Assembly: GCA_964016885.1 (NCBI GenBank)
Contig: OZ024764.1
Span: 26,102,001-26,166,000 of the forward strand
Reading direction: 5' to 3'
Length of the DNA stretch: 64,000 nt
Origin: Eledone cirrhosa
Taxonomy: Eukaryota
Positions 41,231 to 53,451 of the stretch are shown here, piece after piece (within the stretch, counting starts at the first letter, position 1; each line of letters begins with the position of its first letter). The position numbers were made by a program, and so were the translations under genes. Under the pieces are notes generated by a model, which was not told where the DNA came from, made no database searches, and was given only the letters and a program-made list of their open reading frames with translations.

Positions 41231-41603
41231 CTTATTATATATGTAAAGAAAAAGTTTATATTCGTCAAACCAACACGGTCTTGCAACCCTTGTAATTCTA
41301 TACACACAATCTACTGTTTATTCCTTGATATATATTATATATGTATAGAGCGTAAAGGGACATAACTCTATGCTACAAAGCATTTTGTCCGACAATCCAA
41401 CGATTACTGCCAATCCACTGCCCTCCACAATAATAATGATAATAATAATTGTTTCTACATTTGGCGTCCATTCTTCCATGGGTTGTCCAACTATAAATGT
41501 GGCCGGGTATTTTACAGCTGGGGGTGTAGTTTATCATGTAGGTAAGGGGTCGGGAGGAAAAAGGGGTGTGGTTTTGGATGAAAGAGGAGTAAATTTGACT
41601 TAC

Positions 41604-41720
41604 TTTAAGAAGAGTTGTGATTTTGCTTCATTCAAGTCCCCTCGATCACTTTCCTCAGGCTGTAGGGGCAGACCAGCTAACAAAGCAGCTACAGCCTCCA
41701 TACTGGCCTGGTCTAAGTCC
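41604..41720 (-). CDS. NF1: NF1 exon P (DLDQASMEAVAALLAGLPLQPEE...AKSQLFLK), 117 nt
   Basis: ttgcag| and |gtaag; near-invariant NF1 motif. Confidence 0.97.
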
Positions 41721-42335
41721 CTGCAACATAACAACAACAACAACAACACTAGAAAAAACAACTAACACATCATCATCATCATCATTTTTACGTCCGCCTT
41801 TCCCTGCTTGCAAGGGTGGGACGGGATCTGGTTCTGGCTTGATTTCTACAGCTGGATGCCCTCCTTCCTAACACCAACCTCATTTACAGTGAGTGCTGGG
41901 TGCCTTTTTTTGCCGTGGCACCTCCACGACCACTTTGCAGTGGAATGATAGGGACCAGACCCCAGTCCCCATCATCTCATTTCTACAGCTGAGTAAACTG
42001 GAGCAATGTGAAATAAAGTGTCTTGCTCAAGGAAACAACACATCACCCGGTCTGAGAATTGAACTCACAACCTTTCGATTGCAAGGCCAATGCTCTAACC
42101 ACTAAGCCATGTGCCTCCATCACATGATGATTAGGGAAAATGGGTCATGGAGAAGGAAGCTGCAATAAAGGAGGACCTGGGCTGAGAGAGAGAGAGACTG
42201 GGTAGAAGAGGAGTGAGATGTAGTGTGCAAGAGAGAAGACTGCACTGGTAGCGACATGTGATGTGTATGGATGATGATTGTTGAAGAAGTGTCAGGAGTT
42301 CCGAGTGGAAGGAAGATGCAGTAGAGAAAAGCCAT

Positions 42336-43910
42336 GTGGCGATGCAGTGTGTAGCATGTGATGATGTAGTGTGTATCTTACATATGGCAATGCAGTGTGT
42401 AGCATGTGGTGATGTAGTGTGTATCATACATATGGCGATGCAGTGTGTAGCATGTGGTGATGTAGTGTGTATCTTACATATGGCAATGCAGTGTGTAGCA
42501 TGTGGTGATGTAGTGTGTATCTTACATATGGCAATGCAGTGTGTAGCATGTGGTGATGTAGTGTGTACCATACATATGGCGATGCAGTGTGTAGCATGTG
42601 GTGATGTAGTGTGTACCATACATATGGCGATGCAGTGTGTAGCATGTGGTGATGTAGTGTGTACCATACATATGGCGATGCAGTGTGTAGCATGTGGTGA
42701 TGTAGTGTGTACCATACATATGGCGATGCAGTGTGTAGCATGTGGTGATGTAGTGTGTATCATACATATGGCAATGCAGTGTGTAGCATGTGGTGATGTA
42801 GTGTGTACCATACATATGGCGATGCAGTGTGTAGCATGTGGTGATGTAGTGTGTATCATACATATGGCGATGCAGTGTGTAGCATGTGGTGATGTAGTGT
42901 GTATCATACATATGGCAATGCAGTGTGTAGCATGTGGTGATGTAGTGTGTACCATACATATGGCAATGCAGTGTGTAGCATGTGGTGATGTAGTGTGTAC
43001 CATACATATGGCAATGCAGTGTGTAGCATGTGGTGATGTAGTGTGTATCATACATATGGCGATGCAGTGTGTAGCATGTGGTGATGTAGTGTGTACCATA
43101 CATATGGCGATGCAGTGTGTAGCATGTGGTGATGTAGTGTGTATCATACATATGGCAATGCAGTGTGTAGCATGTGGTGATGTAGTGTGTATCATACATG
43201 TGGCGATGCAGTGTGTAGCATGTGGTGATGTAGTGTGTATCTTACATATGGCAATGCAGTGTGTAGCATGTGGTGATGTAGTGTGTATCATACATATGGC
43301 GATGCAGTGTGTAGCATGTGGTGATGTAGTGTGTATCATACATGTGGCGATGCAGTGTGTAGCATGTGGTGATGTAGTGTGTACCATACATATGGCGATG
43401 CAGTGTGTAGCATGTGGTGATGTAGTGTGTATCATACATGTGGCGATGCAGTGTGTAGCATGTGGTGATGTAGTGTGTACCATACATATGGCAATGCAGT
43501 GTGTAGCATGTGGTGATGTAGTGAAGTGTGTAACATGTGGTGATGTAGTGTGTGACATGTGGAAATGTAGTGAAGTGTGTAACATGTGGTGATGTAGTGT
43601 GTGACATGTGGTGATGCAGTGAAGTGTGTAACATGTGGTGATGCAGTGAAGTGTGTAACATGTAGTGATGTAGTGTGTGACATGTGGTGATGCAGTGAAG
43701 TGTGTAACATGTGGTGATGTAGTGTGTGACATGTGGTGATGTAGTGAAGTGTGTAACATGTGGTGATGTGTGTGATATGTGGAGATGTAGTGAAGTGTGT
43801 AACATGTGGTGATGCAGTGAAGTGTGTAACATGTGGTGATGCAGTGAAGTGTGTAACATGTGGTGATGTAGTGTGTAACATGTGGTGATGCAGTGTGTAA
43901 CATGTAGTAA
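42336..43910. repeat. 48-bp minisatellite grading into ~19-24-bp subunits
   Basis: atggcgatgcagtgtgtagcatgtggtgatgtagtgtgtaccatacat; preceded by an RTE LINE fragment (42200-42330). Confidence 0.93.
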
Positions 43911-43984
43911 TAACATGTTAAGGATGTAAGATGTGGTGATCAATATATAGCAAAGAAGAAAATGGAAGCGAAACCATCACGCAC

Positions 43985-44121
43985 CTGGACATGCTGCAGA
44001 TGTCCCCCTGGATGTTCACCTGGTGTGAATTTCCCATTATCCAGTCAGTTAAATACTCCACGAGCTTGTTGCGGAACTTCATCTCTTGCCGAAATGTCAG
44101 TTCATCGCGTCTGGTCATCAT
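43985..44121 (-). CDS. NF1: NF1 exon O (MMTRRDELTFRQEMKFRNKLVEYLTDW...SR), 137 nt
   Basis: ccacag| and |gtgcg; near-invariant NF1 motif. Confidence 0.97.
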
Positions 44122-45074
44122 CTGTGGACATAGGAAACAACAGAGTTAATATACATACACATACATTATATATATCATCATTATCACTGTTTTACGTCCA
44201 TTCTTCCACGCTAGCAATGGGTTAGACAGGTTGTCCTGTTGTGGGCAGTGTCCGGTCGGCTGGCCATGTCTTGCTCATACGGGAACTGATTCTGGCTGAT
44301 TTCTACAGCTGGATGCCCTTCCTAACACCAACCTCATTTACAGTGAGTGCTGAGTGCTTTTTTGCCGTGGCACCTCCACGACCACTTTGCAGTGGAATGA
44401 TAGGGACCCCAGTCCCTATCATCTCATTTCTACAGCTGAGTAAACTGGAGCAATGTGAAATAAAGTGTCTTGCTCAAGGAAACAACACATCACCCAGTCT
44501 GAGAATTGAACTCACAACCTTTCGATTGCAAGCCCAATGCTCTAACCACTATATATAACTATATATATAATTATAGGAGTGGTTACACAACAGTTAGTTC
44601 ACCATACCGAAAACAATTGTTTCACCTTAGCGGAACCTCAGCTCGTAATGGACATGGTTAACTAACTGTTGTGTAACCACTTCTACCTAACTCGTCCCAT
44701 GGACTGAGTGCTCCACCACTACGGATATTACCTTCCAGTGTTCTACCACTATATATAATTATATATATATATATATATATATATGCTGGAAGGCATGCTT
44801 GAGGACTCTGTCTCTCCACAACCTCCTAAGGAATAAGTGGGCGAAGAAGATTTCAATAATGTATTTCTATTAACTAATGAAGAATTTTGAGGGATTTACT
44901 AAAATTATCAATTGGAGTTGCTTCTGACAGGACCTACTGGAAGGTGTGTTTAGAGGTAACTCTCTCCCTTTCCTCTCTCTGGTCCCCTACTCTCTCTAAT
45001 TAAAAGAGGAAGAAGAAACAAAATACATAAGACTAAACAAAATAAAGAGAGAAAAATTCAAAATGGTGTCTTAC

Positions 45075-45147
45075 AGCTCCAACAAGTTGGCAGAGTTTAA
45101 TTTTGATTTGGATGGCATGTACACTGGAATCTAAGTGCCGTACATAT
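45075..45147 (-). CDS. NF1: NF1 exon N (YVRHLDSSVHAIQIKIKLCQLVGA), 73 nt
   Basis: ttcag| and |gtaag; HAIQIK.KLCQLV motif. Confidence 0.96.
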
Positions 45148-45733
45148 CTGAAGAAAACACAAAGAAGAGAACAGTTTAGTTTTATTATCATCGTTGTTGT
45201 TGTTGTTATTGTTGTTATTATTTGATGATATAAGGGCGGTGGATTGGCAGTATCGGTAGAGGGTCGGACGCCATGCTTTGCCAATCTGAGTTCAAATCCC
45301 GCCTTTCGTCCTTACGAGGTCGATAAAATATAGTACCAGTAATGCACTGGGATAATTGCTGGCCTTGTGCCAAAAGTAGAAACAATTTATTATTTGATGA
45401 TAACAACAACAGATGTGATGATGATAGACCAATGTGTAGTGGGTGCTTTTTGTGTCACCAACACAACCAGTTTACAGTATGGACTGGCCACCACCAACAC
45501 AACCAGTTTACAGTGTGTACTAGCCACATTTTGTCGTGTCACCAACACAACCAGTTTACAGTGTGTATTAGCCACATTTTGTCGTGTCACCAACACAACC
45601 AGTTTACAGTGTGTACTAGCCACATTTTGTCGTGTCACCAACACAACCACTTTACAGTGTGGAAGGGTCACATTTAGTCATGTCACCAAATAACAGTAAA
45701 AGACATCCATAAAAGACAGCACCAATTCCTCAC

Positions 45734-45873
45734 CTGACGATTGATAACATCATTGATTCAATACTTGTTACGCCAAGGTACTCGCAGGGTTGCTCTGACT
45801 TCATTTCCAGAATGTTCTTCATGATAAAAATGATATTTTCAATGAACTGAGTATTTAGTTCAGTCACTTCAAC
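45734..45873 (-). CDS. NF1: NF1 exon M (VEVTELNTQFIE...SIESMMLSIVR), 140 nt
   Basis: tttcag| and |gtgag; NTQF.E and SIE.MML..VR motifs. Confidence 0.96.
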
Positions 45874-46272
45874 CTGAAACACCAAAAATAGTTTCATTCA
45901 ACTATTTTGAAAAATTTAAAGTTAGCATAAGAGAAACCCTATAGTCTATGTTGATTACTGACATGGTATGTCAAAAATACACAATTACTGGATATATGAA
46001 AAATTATATAAACCGAGGAAATTTATGTTTTGATAAATTCATGGTTTGCATAAGAGAAACCCTATAGTCTATGTTGATTACTGAATGATGGCAATAGTGT
46101 TGAAATGTGTTTAATAAACAAGGGACACTGAGGTTTGATAAATTTATAACTTGCATAAGAGGAGATGGAGAAATAGACTGGAGAGAAGTAAAGAGAGGGG
46201 TAGAAGTAGAGAGAGAGAGAATGACCACTACACAGTAGAGAGGTAAAAAGTAAGACCATTTCATTGAATTAC

Positions 46273-46447
46273 CTGACCAGAGGAGTCGAATGAAGATTTC
46301 TCCACACTGAGCTTCACCTGGTCAAACAGGTTTGGATAAAGGGCAGGGTTTAACTCATGCCCTAACAACGCCTTAACATGTTTTTGGATGTGAGCTCCAA
46401 ATTTTTCGTGTTGGCACACTAAAAACTTCAGCAAATTCTCAATAAAT
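46273..46447 (-). CDS. NF1: NF1 exon L (FIENLLKFLVCQHEKFG...ELNPALYP...FDSSGQ), 175 nt
   Basis: ttccag| and |gtaat; conserved motifs. Confidence 0.96.
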
Positions 46448-46857
46448 CTGGAAAATAGAGGGAGAAAAATGTATTAAGCTTATGTAGACATTGCAGACTG
46501 GTCACCATCACCACTAGCACCTATACTATGTACATCAACTACACTACAACATATACTACCATCCACACAACAACATATATCACCACCACCATCAATATCA
46601 CCACCAACATCAATATCACCATTATCACCACCACCACCACCAACATCAATATCACCATTATCACCACCGTCACCAACATTATCACCATCATCACCACCAA
46701 CACCACAATCACCACCCTCCCCATAATTATCACCAATAACACAATCACCACCACCAACATCAACATCATCACCCCCACCACCACCATCACAATCACCACC
46801 ACCAACACCATCATCCTCCTCTCACTAGACAGAGAGAGAAAGAAAGAAGTGACTTAC

Positions 46858-46947
46858 TGTGTGACAAGACACCCTTGAGGGTCTCCAGTGGAGCTCTGCA
46901 TGAGACTGCTCTTACGAGACGTACCACAGCCGGGCATTGACGGAGGT
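46858..46947 (-). CDS. NF1: NF1 exon K (PPSMPGCGTSRKSSLMQ...CLVTQ), 90 nt; an alternative in-frame acceptor would extend it to 46965
   Basis: cttcag| and |gtaagt; phase 2/2 bridges exons J and L; RKSSL resembles human RKGSM. Confidence 0.85.
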
Positions 46948-47029
46948 CTGAAGCATACGAGGAAGCTGAAACAAACGATTATTGCATATTAGAACAACAG
47001 TTTCTGATTGAGGCCCAAAACCAACAAAA

Positions 47030-48454
47030 AAAGCCTTTACCATTAAAATACAATAGTATATATAGAGTAATGTAAATGTTATGTGAGATATTATGTGAGG
47101 TAAAGCCTTTACTGTGAAAATACAATAGTATATATAGAGTAATGTAAATGTTATGTGAGATATTATGTGAGGTAAAGCCTCTACTGTGACAATATAATAG
47201 TATATATAGAGTAATGTAAATGCTATGTGAGATATTATGTGAGGTAAAGCCTTTACTGTGAAAATACAATAGTATATATAGAGTAATGTAAATGTTATGT
47301 GAGATATTATGTGAGGTAAAGCCTCTACTGTGACAATATAATAGTATATATAGAGTAATGTAAATGCTATGTGAGATATTATGTGAGGTAAAGCCTTTAC
47401 TGTGAAAATACAATAGTATATATAGAGTAATGTAAATGTTATGTGAGATATTATGTGAGGTAAAGCCTCTACTGTGACAATATAATAGTATATATAGAGT
47501 AATGTAAATGCTATGTGAGATATTATGTGAGGTAAAGCCTTTACTGTGAAAATACAATAGTATATATAGAGTAATGTAAATGTTATGTGAGATATTATGT
47601 GAGGTAAAGCCTTTACTGTGAAAATACAATAGTATATATAGAGTAATGTAAATGCTATGTGAGATATTATGTGAGGTAAAGCCTTTACTGTGAAAATACA
47701 ATAGTATATATAGAGTAATGTAAATGTTATGTGAGATATTATGTGAGGTAAAGCCTTTACTGTGAAAATACAATAGTATATATAGAGTAATGTAAATGTT
47801 ATGTGAGATATTATGTGAGGTAAAGACTTTACTGTGAAAATACAATAGTATATATAGAGTAATGTAAATGTTATGTGAGATATTATGTGAGGTAAAGCCT
47901 TTACTGTGAAAATACAATAGTATATATAGAGTAATGTAAATGTTATGTGGGATATTATGTGAGGTAAAGCCTTTACTGTGAAAATACAATAGTATATATA
48001 GAGTAATGTAAATGTTATGTGAGATATTATGTGAGGTAAAGCCTTTACTGTGAAAATACAATAGTATATATAGAGTAATGTAAATGTTATGTGAGATATT
48101 ATGTGAAGTAAAGCCTTTACTGTGAAAATATAATAGTATATATAGAGTAATGTAAATGTTATGTGAGATATTATGTGAGGTAAAGCCTTTACTGTGAAAA
48201 TACAATAGTATATATAGAGTAATGTAAATGTTATGTGAGATATTATGTGAGGTAAAGACTTTACTGTGAAAATATAATAGTATATATAGAGTAATGTAAA
48301 TGTTATGTGAGATATTATGTGAGGTAAAGACTTTACTGTGAAAATATAATAGTATATATAGAGTAATGTAAATGTTATGTTAGATATTATGTGAGGTAAA
48401 GCCTTTACTGTGAAAATATAATAGTATATATAGAGTAATGTAAATGGTAAAGGG
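47030..48454 (+). mobile_element. Same MITE, left end lost, ~19 units of 72 bp
   Basis: Array ends in AAAGGG|TTAA about 13 nt from the exon J donor. Confidence 0.8.
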
Positions 48455-48471
48455 TTAATAGTAATACTTAC

Positions 48472-48566
48472 TGTGAGAGGTTGGATTTGTTGGTGTTGTT
48501 CTGCAAAGCTACGCTACCAAGAGCACAGAGGAACCCCGTCATGTTCACCCATTCATTGAGTTGATC
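48472..48566 (-). CDS. NF1: NF1 exon J (DQLNEWVNMTGFLCALG...), 95 nt
   Basis: ttgcag| and |gtaagt; EW.NMTGFLCALG motif. Confidence 0.96.
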
Positions 48567-48581
48567 CTGCAACATTAGAGA

Positions 48582-48623
<42 letters not shown>

Positions 48624-49532
48624 GAGTTAACCTCGGCGGGATTTGAACTCAGATCATAAAGGGCCGTAACTCTATGCTGCAAAGCATGGCGTCCGACCCT
48701 CTACCGATACTGCCAATCCACTGCTCTTAAATCATCATCATCATCATCAAATAAATAATAATAATAAAAAATAAATAAATAATAATAATAACAATAACCC
48801 TTGATCTTATTGAATTTTGAATTATAAATGTTCTGCTACTGTGACTGTTCACTCCTGAAGAATGAGAGGTAGAACTGTGCACTGTGCTTAACTCATCTTA
48901 CCAAAAGAAAATAGTAAACTAGTACCTTATATATATCATCATCATCATTTTCATTTCATTTTACGTCCACTTTTCCCTGCTTGCAAGGGTGGGACGGGAA
49001 CTGATTCTGGCTTGATTTCTACAGCTGGATGCCCTTCCTAACACCAACCTCATTTACAGTGAGTGCTGGGTGCTTTTTTTTTTGCCGTGGCACCTCCACG
49101 ACCACTTTACAGTGTGGGCTGGGTGTTTTTTTTGCCGTGGCACCTCCACGACCACTTTGCAGTGGAATGATAGGGACCCCAGTCCCTATCATCTCATTTC
49201 TACAGCTGAGTAAACTGGAGCAATGTGAAATAAAGTGTCTTGCTCAAGGAAACAACACATCACCCGGTCTGAGAATTGAACTCACAACCTTTCGATTGCA
49301 AGGCCAATGCTCTAATCACGAAGCCATGTGCCTCCAGTAATAAGGCTATGACAGTAATGAGGTTATATATATATATATAATATATTTAAGCTTGTTGAAT
49401 CCCAACAAATTAAATATAACCTCTGCATATATATGTATGTGTGTGTATGTGTGTATGTATGTATGTATGTATGTATGTATGTATGTATGTATGTATATAC
49501 TATCAATAGATTCTCAACATAGTTACATGTTA

Positions 49533-49620
49533 TGCTACCTGAGGTTTCAAAGCATACTCTAGCCTAAGTCTTAGAGACAGTATATCTGCTAATGTGCTAG
49601 TGTTGCTTATCTTTCAGGCA
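49533..49620 (-). ncRNA. Degenerate hammerhead-like motif
   Basis: UGC-CUGAAAGA-UAAGCA...UGCUUU-GAAA-CCUCAGG-UA^GCA; one extra core base and only a 3-bp stem I. Confidence 0.4.
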
Positions 49621-49842
49621 ATATATACAAAGACATCAACAACATGCATTTTAAGCACCACCACCACCCCCATTGAAGAAGGTTTTTAGCCTTCTTGGCC
49701 CAAAGACAAGAGTCCTTGTGGAGAGAGAGTGTTACAGGAGGGTCAGTAACCCTTCCTGGCACCGATCCCGTTAGCTGTCCCTTACGACAATAAAACAACA
49801 ATAAAACAACAACAAAAAAGGGTCTTAAATGAAGTTACAGAC

Positions 49843-50004
49843 CTCAAGCTCATGATCAGAAGTACCGTGGTGGGTCGGTTTCCTCCGTAACCGAATTGTT
49901 TCCCCAATACTTCCAGAGCTGCACCCTTCTTCTAGTTTGCCTTTCGGGTAAATGTCAAGATTTTTGGTGACACTGTCCCACGCTTTGCATGTATCTTCCC
50001 ACGC
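49843..50004 (-). CDS. NF1: NF1 exon I (AWEDTCKAW...YPKGKLEEG...HELE), 162 nt
   Basis: tttcag| and |gtctg; AWEDT..KW and YPK.K.E.G motifs. Confidence 0.93.
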
Positions 50005-50011
50005 CTGAAAC

Positions 50012-50240
50012 AAGGACAGTAATAAGGTTAGGACAGTAATAAGGTTAGGACAGTAATAAGGTTAGGACAGTAATAAGGTTATGACAGTAATAAGGTTAGG
50101 ACAGTAATAAGGTTATGACAGTAATAAGGTTAGGATAGTAATAAGGTTAGGACAGTAATAAGGTTAGGACAGTAATAAGGTTAGGATAGTAATAAGGTTA
50201 GGACAGTAATAAGGTTAGGACAGTAATAAGGTTAGGATAG
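50012..50240. repeat. 17-bp minisatellite adjoining the exon I acceptor
   Basis: aggacagtaataaggtt about 13 times. Confidence 0.93.
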
Positions 50241-50690
50241 CATTTATAGCTGAATGAGAGACGAAATTCCAAACCTTGAAGCACAGCCTAGAATCAAAAG
50301 GTCTTAAAGTCAACTTAGCAAAGACTAAAGTGTGCAGAAAAGGAGTAGGTAGAAATTCCATCCTACGTCCCGGGTACACAAGAGATATAGTGGGATCCCA
50401 GGCAGGCTAACAAAGAACATAGGTTTTACATGCGGTCAGTACACAGGGGCAATAAGTAGCAAGAGCTCTCAGGATACAATCACCTTCAAATGCCCAGAGG
50501 GCTCTATAGAAGTGGTAGATAGCTTCTGTTACCTGGGTGACTAAATCAGCATTGGGAGAGGGTGTTCTGAAAGTACAGTAGCCAGAGGGAGATCGGGTTG
50601 GAGAAAGTTCAGGGATCTACTACCACTGTTAACTACAAAAGGTTTTCTCTCAAAATGAAAGGCAGACTGTATGATGAGTGTATAAGAGCA
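50240..50690 (+). mobile_element. Decayed RTE-clade reverse transcriptase fragment
   Basis: LESKGLKVNLAKTKV and EVVDSFCYLGD...GWRKFRDLLPLLT with stop codons. Confidence 0.75.
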
Positions 50691-50693
50691 ACT

Positions 50694-50724
<31 letters not shown>

Positions 50725-50772
50725 CAAAGAGATAGAAAGAGATGGAGGAAGAGCAAGAGGGAGACAACCTAC

Positions 50773-50846
50773 CTGTGTATTGCCTGGTGTCGGATGATCT
50801 ATTTTTCGTAATAATCCCATTATTTTCTTCTGTAGTAAAGCTCGGC
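50773..50846 (-). CDS. NF1: NF1 exon H (RALLQKKIMGLLRKIDHPTPGNTQ), 74 nt
   Basis: ttcag| and |gtagg; phase 1 to 0 fits neighbours. Confidence 0.95.
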
Positions 50847-51184
50847 CTGAAGAAAGGAATAGAAGAAACATGGTCTGAGTTGAGTGTGACATAAAATTGT
50901 TTAGAACACAAACTACAAGTGAAGTCATTATTTTCCTTTTTTTCAAATATATATATATATATATAACCGAGGATCTTGCGATTTCAGAGTCAGGTTCGAT
51001 CAATGTCGCCAGAGAATTGATTATAATATGTCTAATAAATCTTATTCGTCGCACCACTGATTCTCAGTTTCTAATGTGATATTATACTCTGCTCTGTAAG
51101 ACATTCGAGTGCTCAAACGGCCTACCGTATACGGACACTTTCAGCACCCCCACACCAATTATATATATATAACAAAGAAAGTGT

Positions 51185-51223
<39 letters not shown>

Positions 51224-52288
51224 GTTAGAGCATTGGCCTTGCAATCGAAAGGTTGTGAGTTCAATTCTCAGACCGGGCGATGTGTTGTTTCCTTGAGCAA
51301 GACACTTTATTTCACATTGCTCCAGTTTACTCAGCTGTAGAAATGAGATGATAGGGACTGGGGTCCCTATCATTCCACTGCAAAGTGGTCGTGGAGGTGC
51401 CACGGCAAAAAAGCACCCAGCACTCACTGTAAATGAGGTTGGTGTTAGGAAGGGCATCCAGCTGTAGAAATCAAGCCAGAATCAGATCCCATCCCACCCT
51501 TGCAAGCAGGGAAAAGTGGACGTAAAATGATGATGATGATGATGATGATATATATATAATCATCATCATCATCATTTAACGTCCATCTTCCACGTTAGCA
51601 TGGGTTTAGACGGGAATTTTCCCACTTGAGGCAAGAGTGGTTGTCTTGCTCGTATAGGACTGACTGGCAGGTTTTCTACGGCTGGGTGCCCTTCCTAACA
51701 CCAACCACGTTTACAGCGTGGACTGGGAGGTTTTTACCGTGTTGCCTACACGGCCACATTACAGCGTGGACTGTGTGTTTTTTTGTTGTGACACCTACAC
51801 GACCTCATTTATTTAGGACTGGATGTTGTGGTACCAACATAACTTTACAGAGAGAGGGTGGTGTTGGTGGGGGTGGGAGGATAGAGTAGGGGCAGTGGGT
51901 TGGGGTGTATATTTGGTTAAGAGGGCCTACTGACTGTAGGTTTCGCTTTGTACTTAGGCAAGGCGGGTCTTCTGTATTACTGCGTGGCGCCAAAGACCTC
52001 GATCCAGGGACATTGTCTTGGAGAGGTGTAAGTGTGTGAGGTCGGAATTTACCAGATCGTCCCAGGTTTTTCTGGGTCTGCATATATATGTATATAACAA
52101 AGAAAGTGTGGTAAGAAACATGGTGGACCATAATGCACCAGCGTTCAGATCTAGCTGTTGAAACGGCTGGAGCTCAGCCGTAGGGGTCCTGACTCTGTTC
52201 ATATATATATATATATATATAGTGTGTGTATATACACATATAGGTGTTTATATGTGTATGTATATATATATATATATATAAATAAATA

Positions 52289-52376
<88 letters not shown>

Positions 52377-52500
52377 GTAGGAGGTGAGTTTTATTGTAGT
52401 ACAATAAAGCAATGCAGATATCGGATAAGAAGCACTCTACAGTTTGTAGGACTGGAGTATACATAATATAAGATCAAAAGATGGTTAAAGGAGTTCCATG

Positions 52501-52571
52501 TATTTTATTATGCGCATTTCAAAAACAAACATCATCATGCAATAATATTTGTGTTTTCATCAGATAAAACA
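52501..52571 (-). ncRNA. Type I hammerhead ribozyme, family A (left arm of palindrome, sense to NF1)
   Basis: Complete core and three stems; substitutions relative to other family A copies keep pairing through A-U or G-U. Confidence 0.82.
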
Positions 52572-52637
52572 GGAGAACATGTTGATTTAAAACTGCACTA
52601 TCCACAAGTGTTTTTTAGCCTTCATATCATGTTCTCT

Positions 52638-52708
52638 TGTTTTATCTGATGAAAACACAAATATTATTGCATGATGATGTTTGTTTTTGAAATGCGCATA
52701 ATAAAATA
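52638..52708 (+). ncRNA. Type I hammerhead ribozyme, family A (right arm of palindrome)
   Basis: UGUUUUAU-CUGAUGA-AAACACAAAUAUUAUU-GCAU-GAUGAUGUUUGUUUUU-GAAA-UGCGCA-UA^AUAAAAUA. Confidence 0.82.
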
Positions 52709-52743
52709 TATGGAACTCCTTTAACCATCTTTTGATCTTATAT

Positions 52744-52789
<46 letters not shown>

Positions 52790-52894
52790 GTGTGTATATG
52801 TATATATATATGCATGTGAGTGTGTGTATACATATATACACATGTGTATATATATATATGCATGTGAATGTGTGTATACATATATACACATGTG

Positions 52895-52927
<33 letters not shown>

Positions 52928-53048
52928 GCCTGTGAGTGTGTGTATACATATATACACATATATATATATATATATGCATGTGAGTGTGTGTATACATATA
53001 TACACATATATATATATATATATATATATATGTATACACACACTCACA

Positions 53049-53085
<37 letters not shown>

Positions 53086-53126
53086 ATGTGAGTGTGTATT
53101 CACAAATGTGTGTATATGTAAGTGCG

Positions 53127-53185
<59 letters not shown>

Positions 53186-53200
53186 GTGTATCCATCTGAC

Positions 53201-53387
53201 CTGTAGTGAGTGTCATACTAGCAGCAGCGAGGTCAGAGTAGACATTGTAGTTGGGGAGTATTTGGGTGACGGCTACTTCGTCAGCCCCACACCGGATGTC
53301 AGCTTCTTCGCACAACAAATGGAAACAGGACATAGCAGTAAGTACAGCATTCACATCAATACTCCACAGATACATAAAGAACACCTC
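53201..53387 (-). CDS. NF1: NF1 exon G (EVFFMYLW...[10 protein letters not shown]...TTG), 187 nt
   Basis: ttccag| and |gtcag; strongly conserved NF1 motif. Confidence 0.96.
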
Positions 53388-53451
53388 CTGGAAATAGACA
53401 AAGAAATAGCAGTTAGGTAGAGCATCCACATCAATAAAGAAGACCTCCTGA

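Larger units (their letters stand above)
52377..52746. mobile_element. Hammerhead-bearing short element, family A, 118-bp inverted arms
   Basis: Arms 52464-52581 and 52628-52745, 46-nt spacer; (TA)n flanks. Confidence 0.75.

Noticed and set aside
35176-41295. Very long ORFs (up to 1622 aa) in all three plus frames
   Set aside because: They are translations of an 80-bp satellite that lacks stop codons on one strand; it is antisense LINE-derived and lies within an NF1 intron.
46979-48205. YFHSKGFTSHNISHN repeat ORFs (also at 4.4-6.1, 17, 54-55 and 59 kb)
   Set aside because: 72-bp unit of a non-autonomous MITE; open only because the unit length is a multiple of 3.
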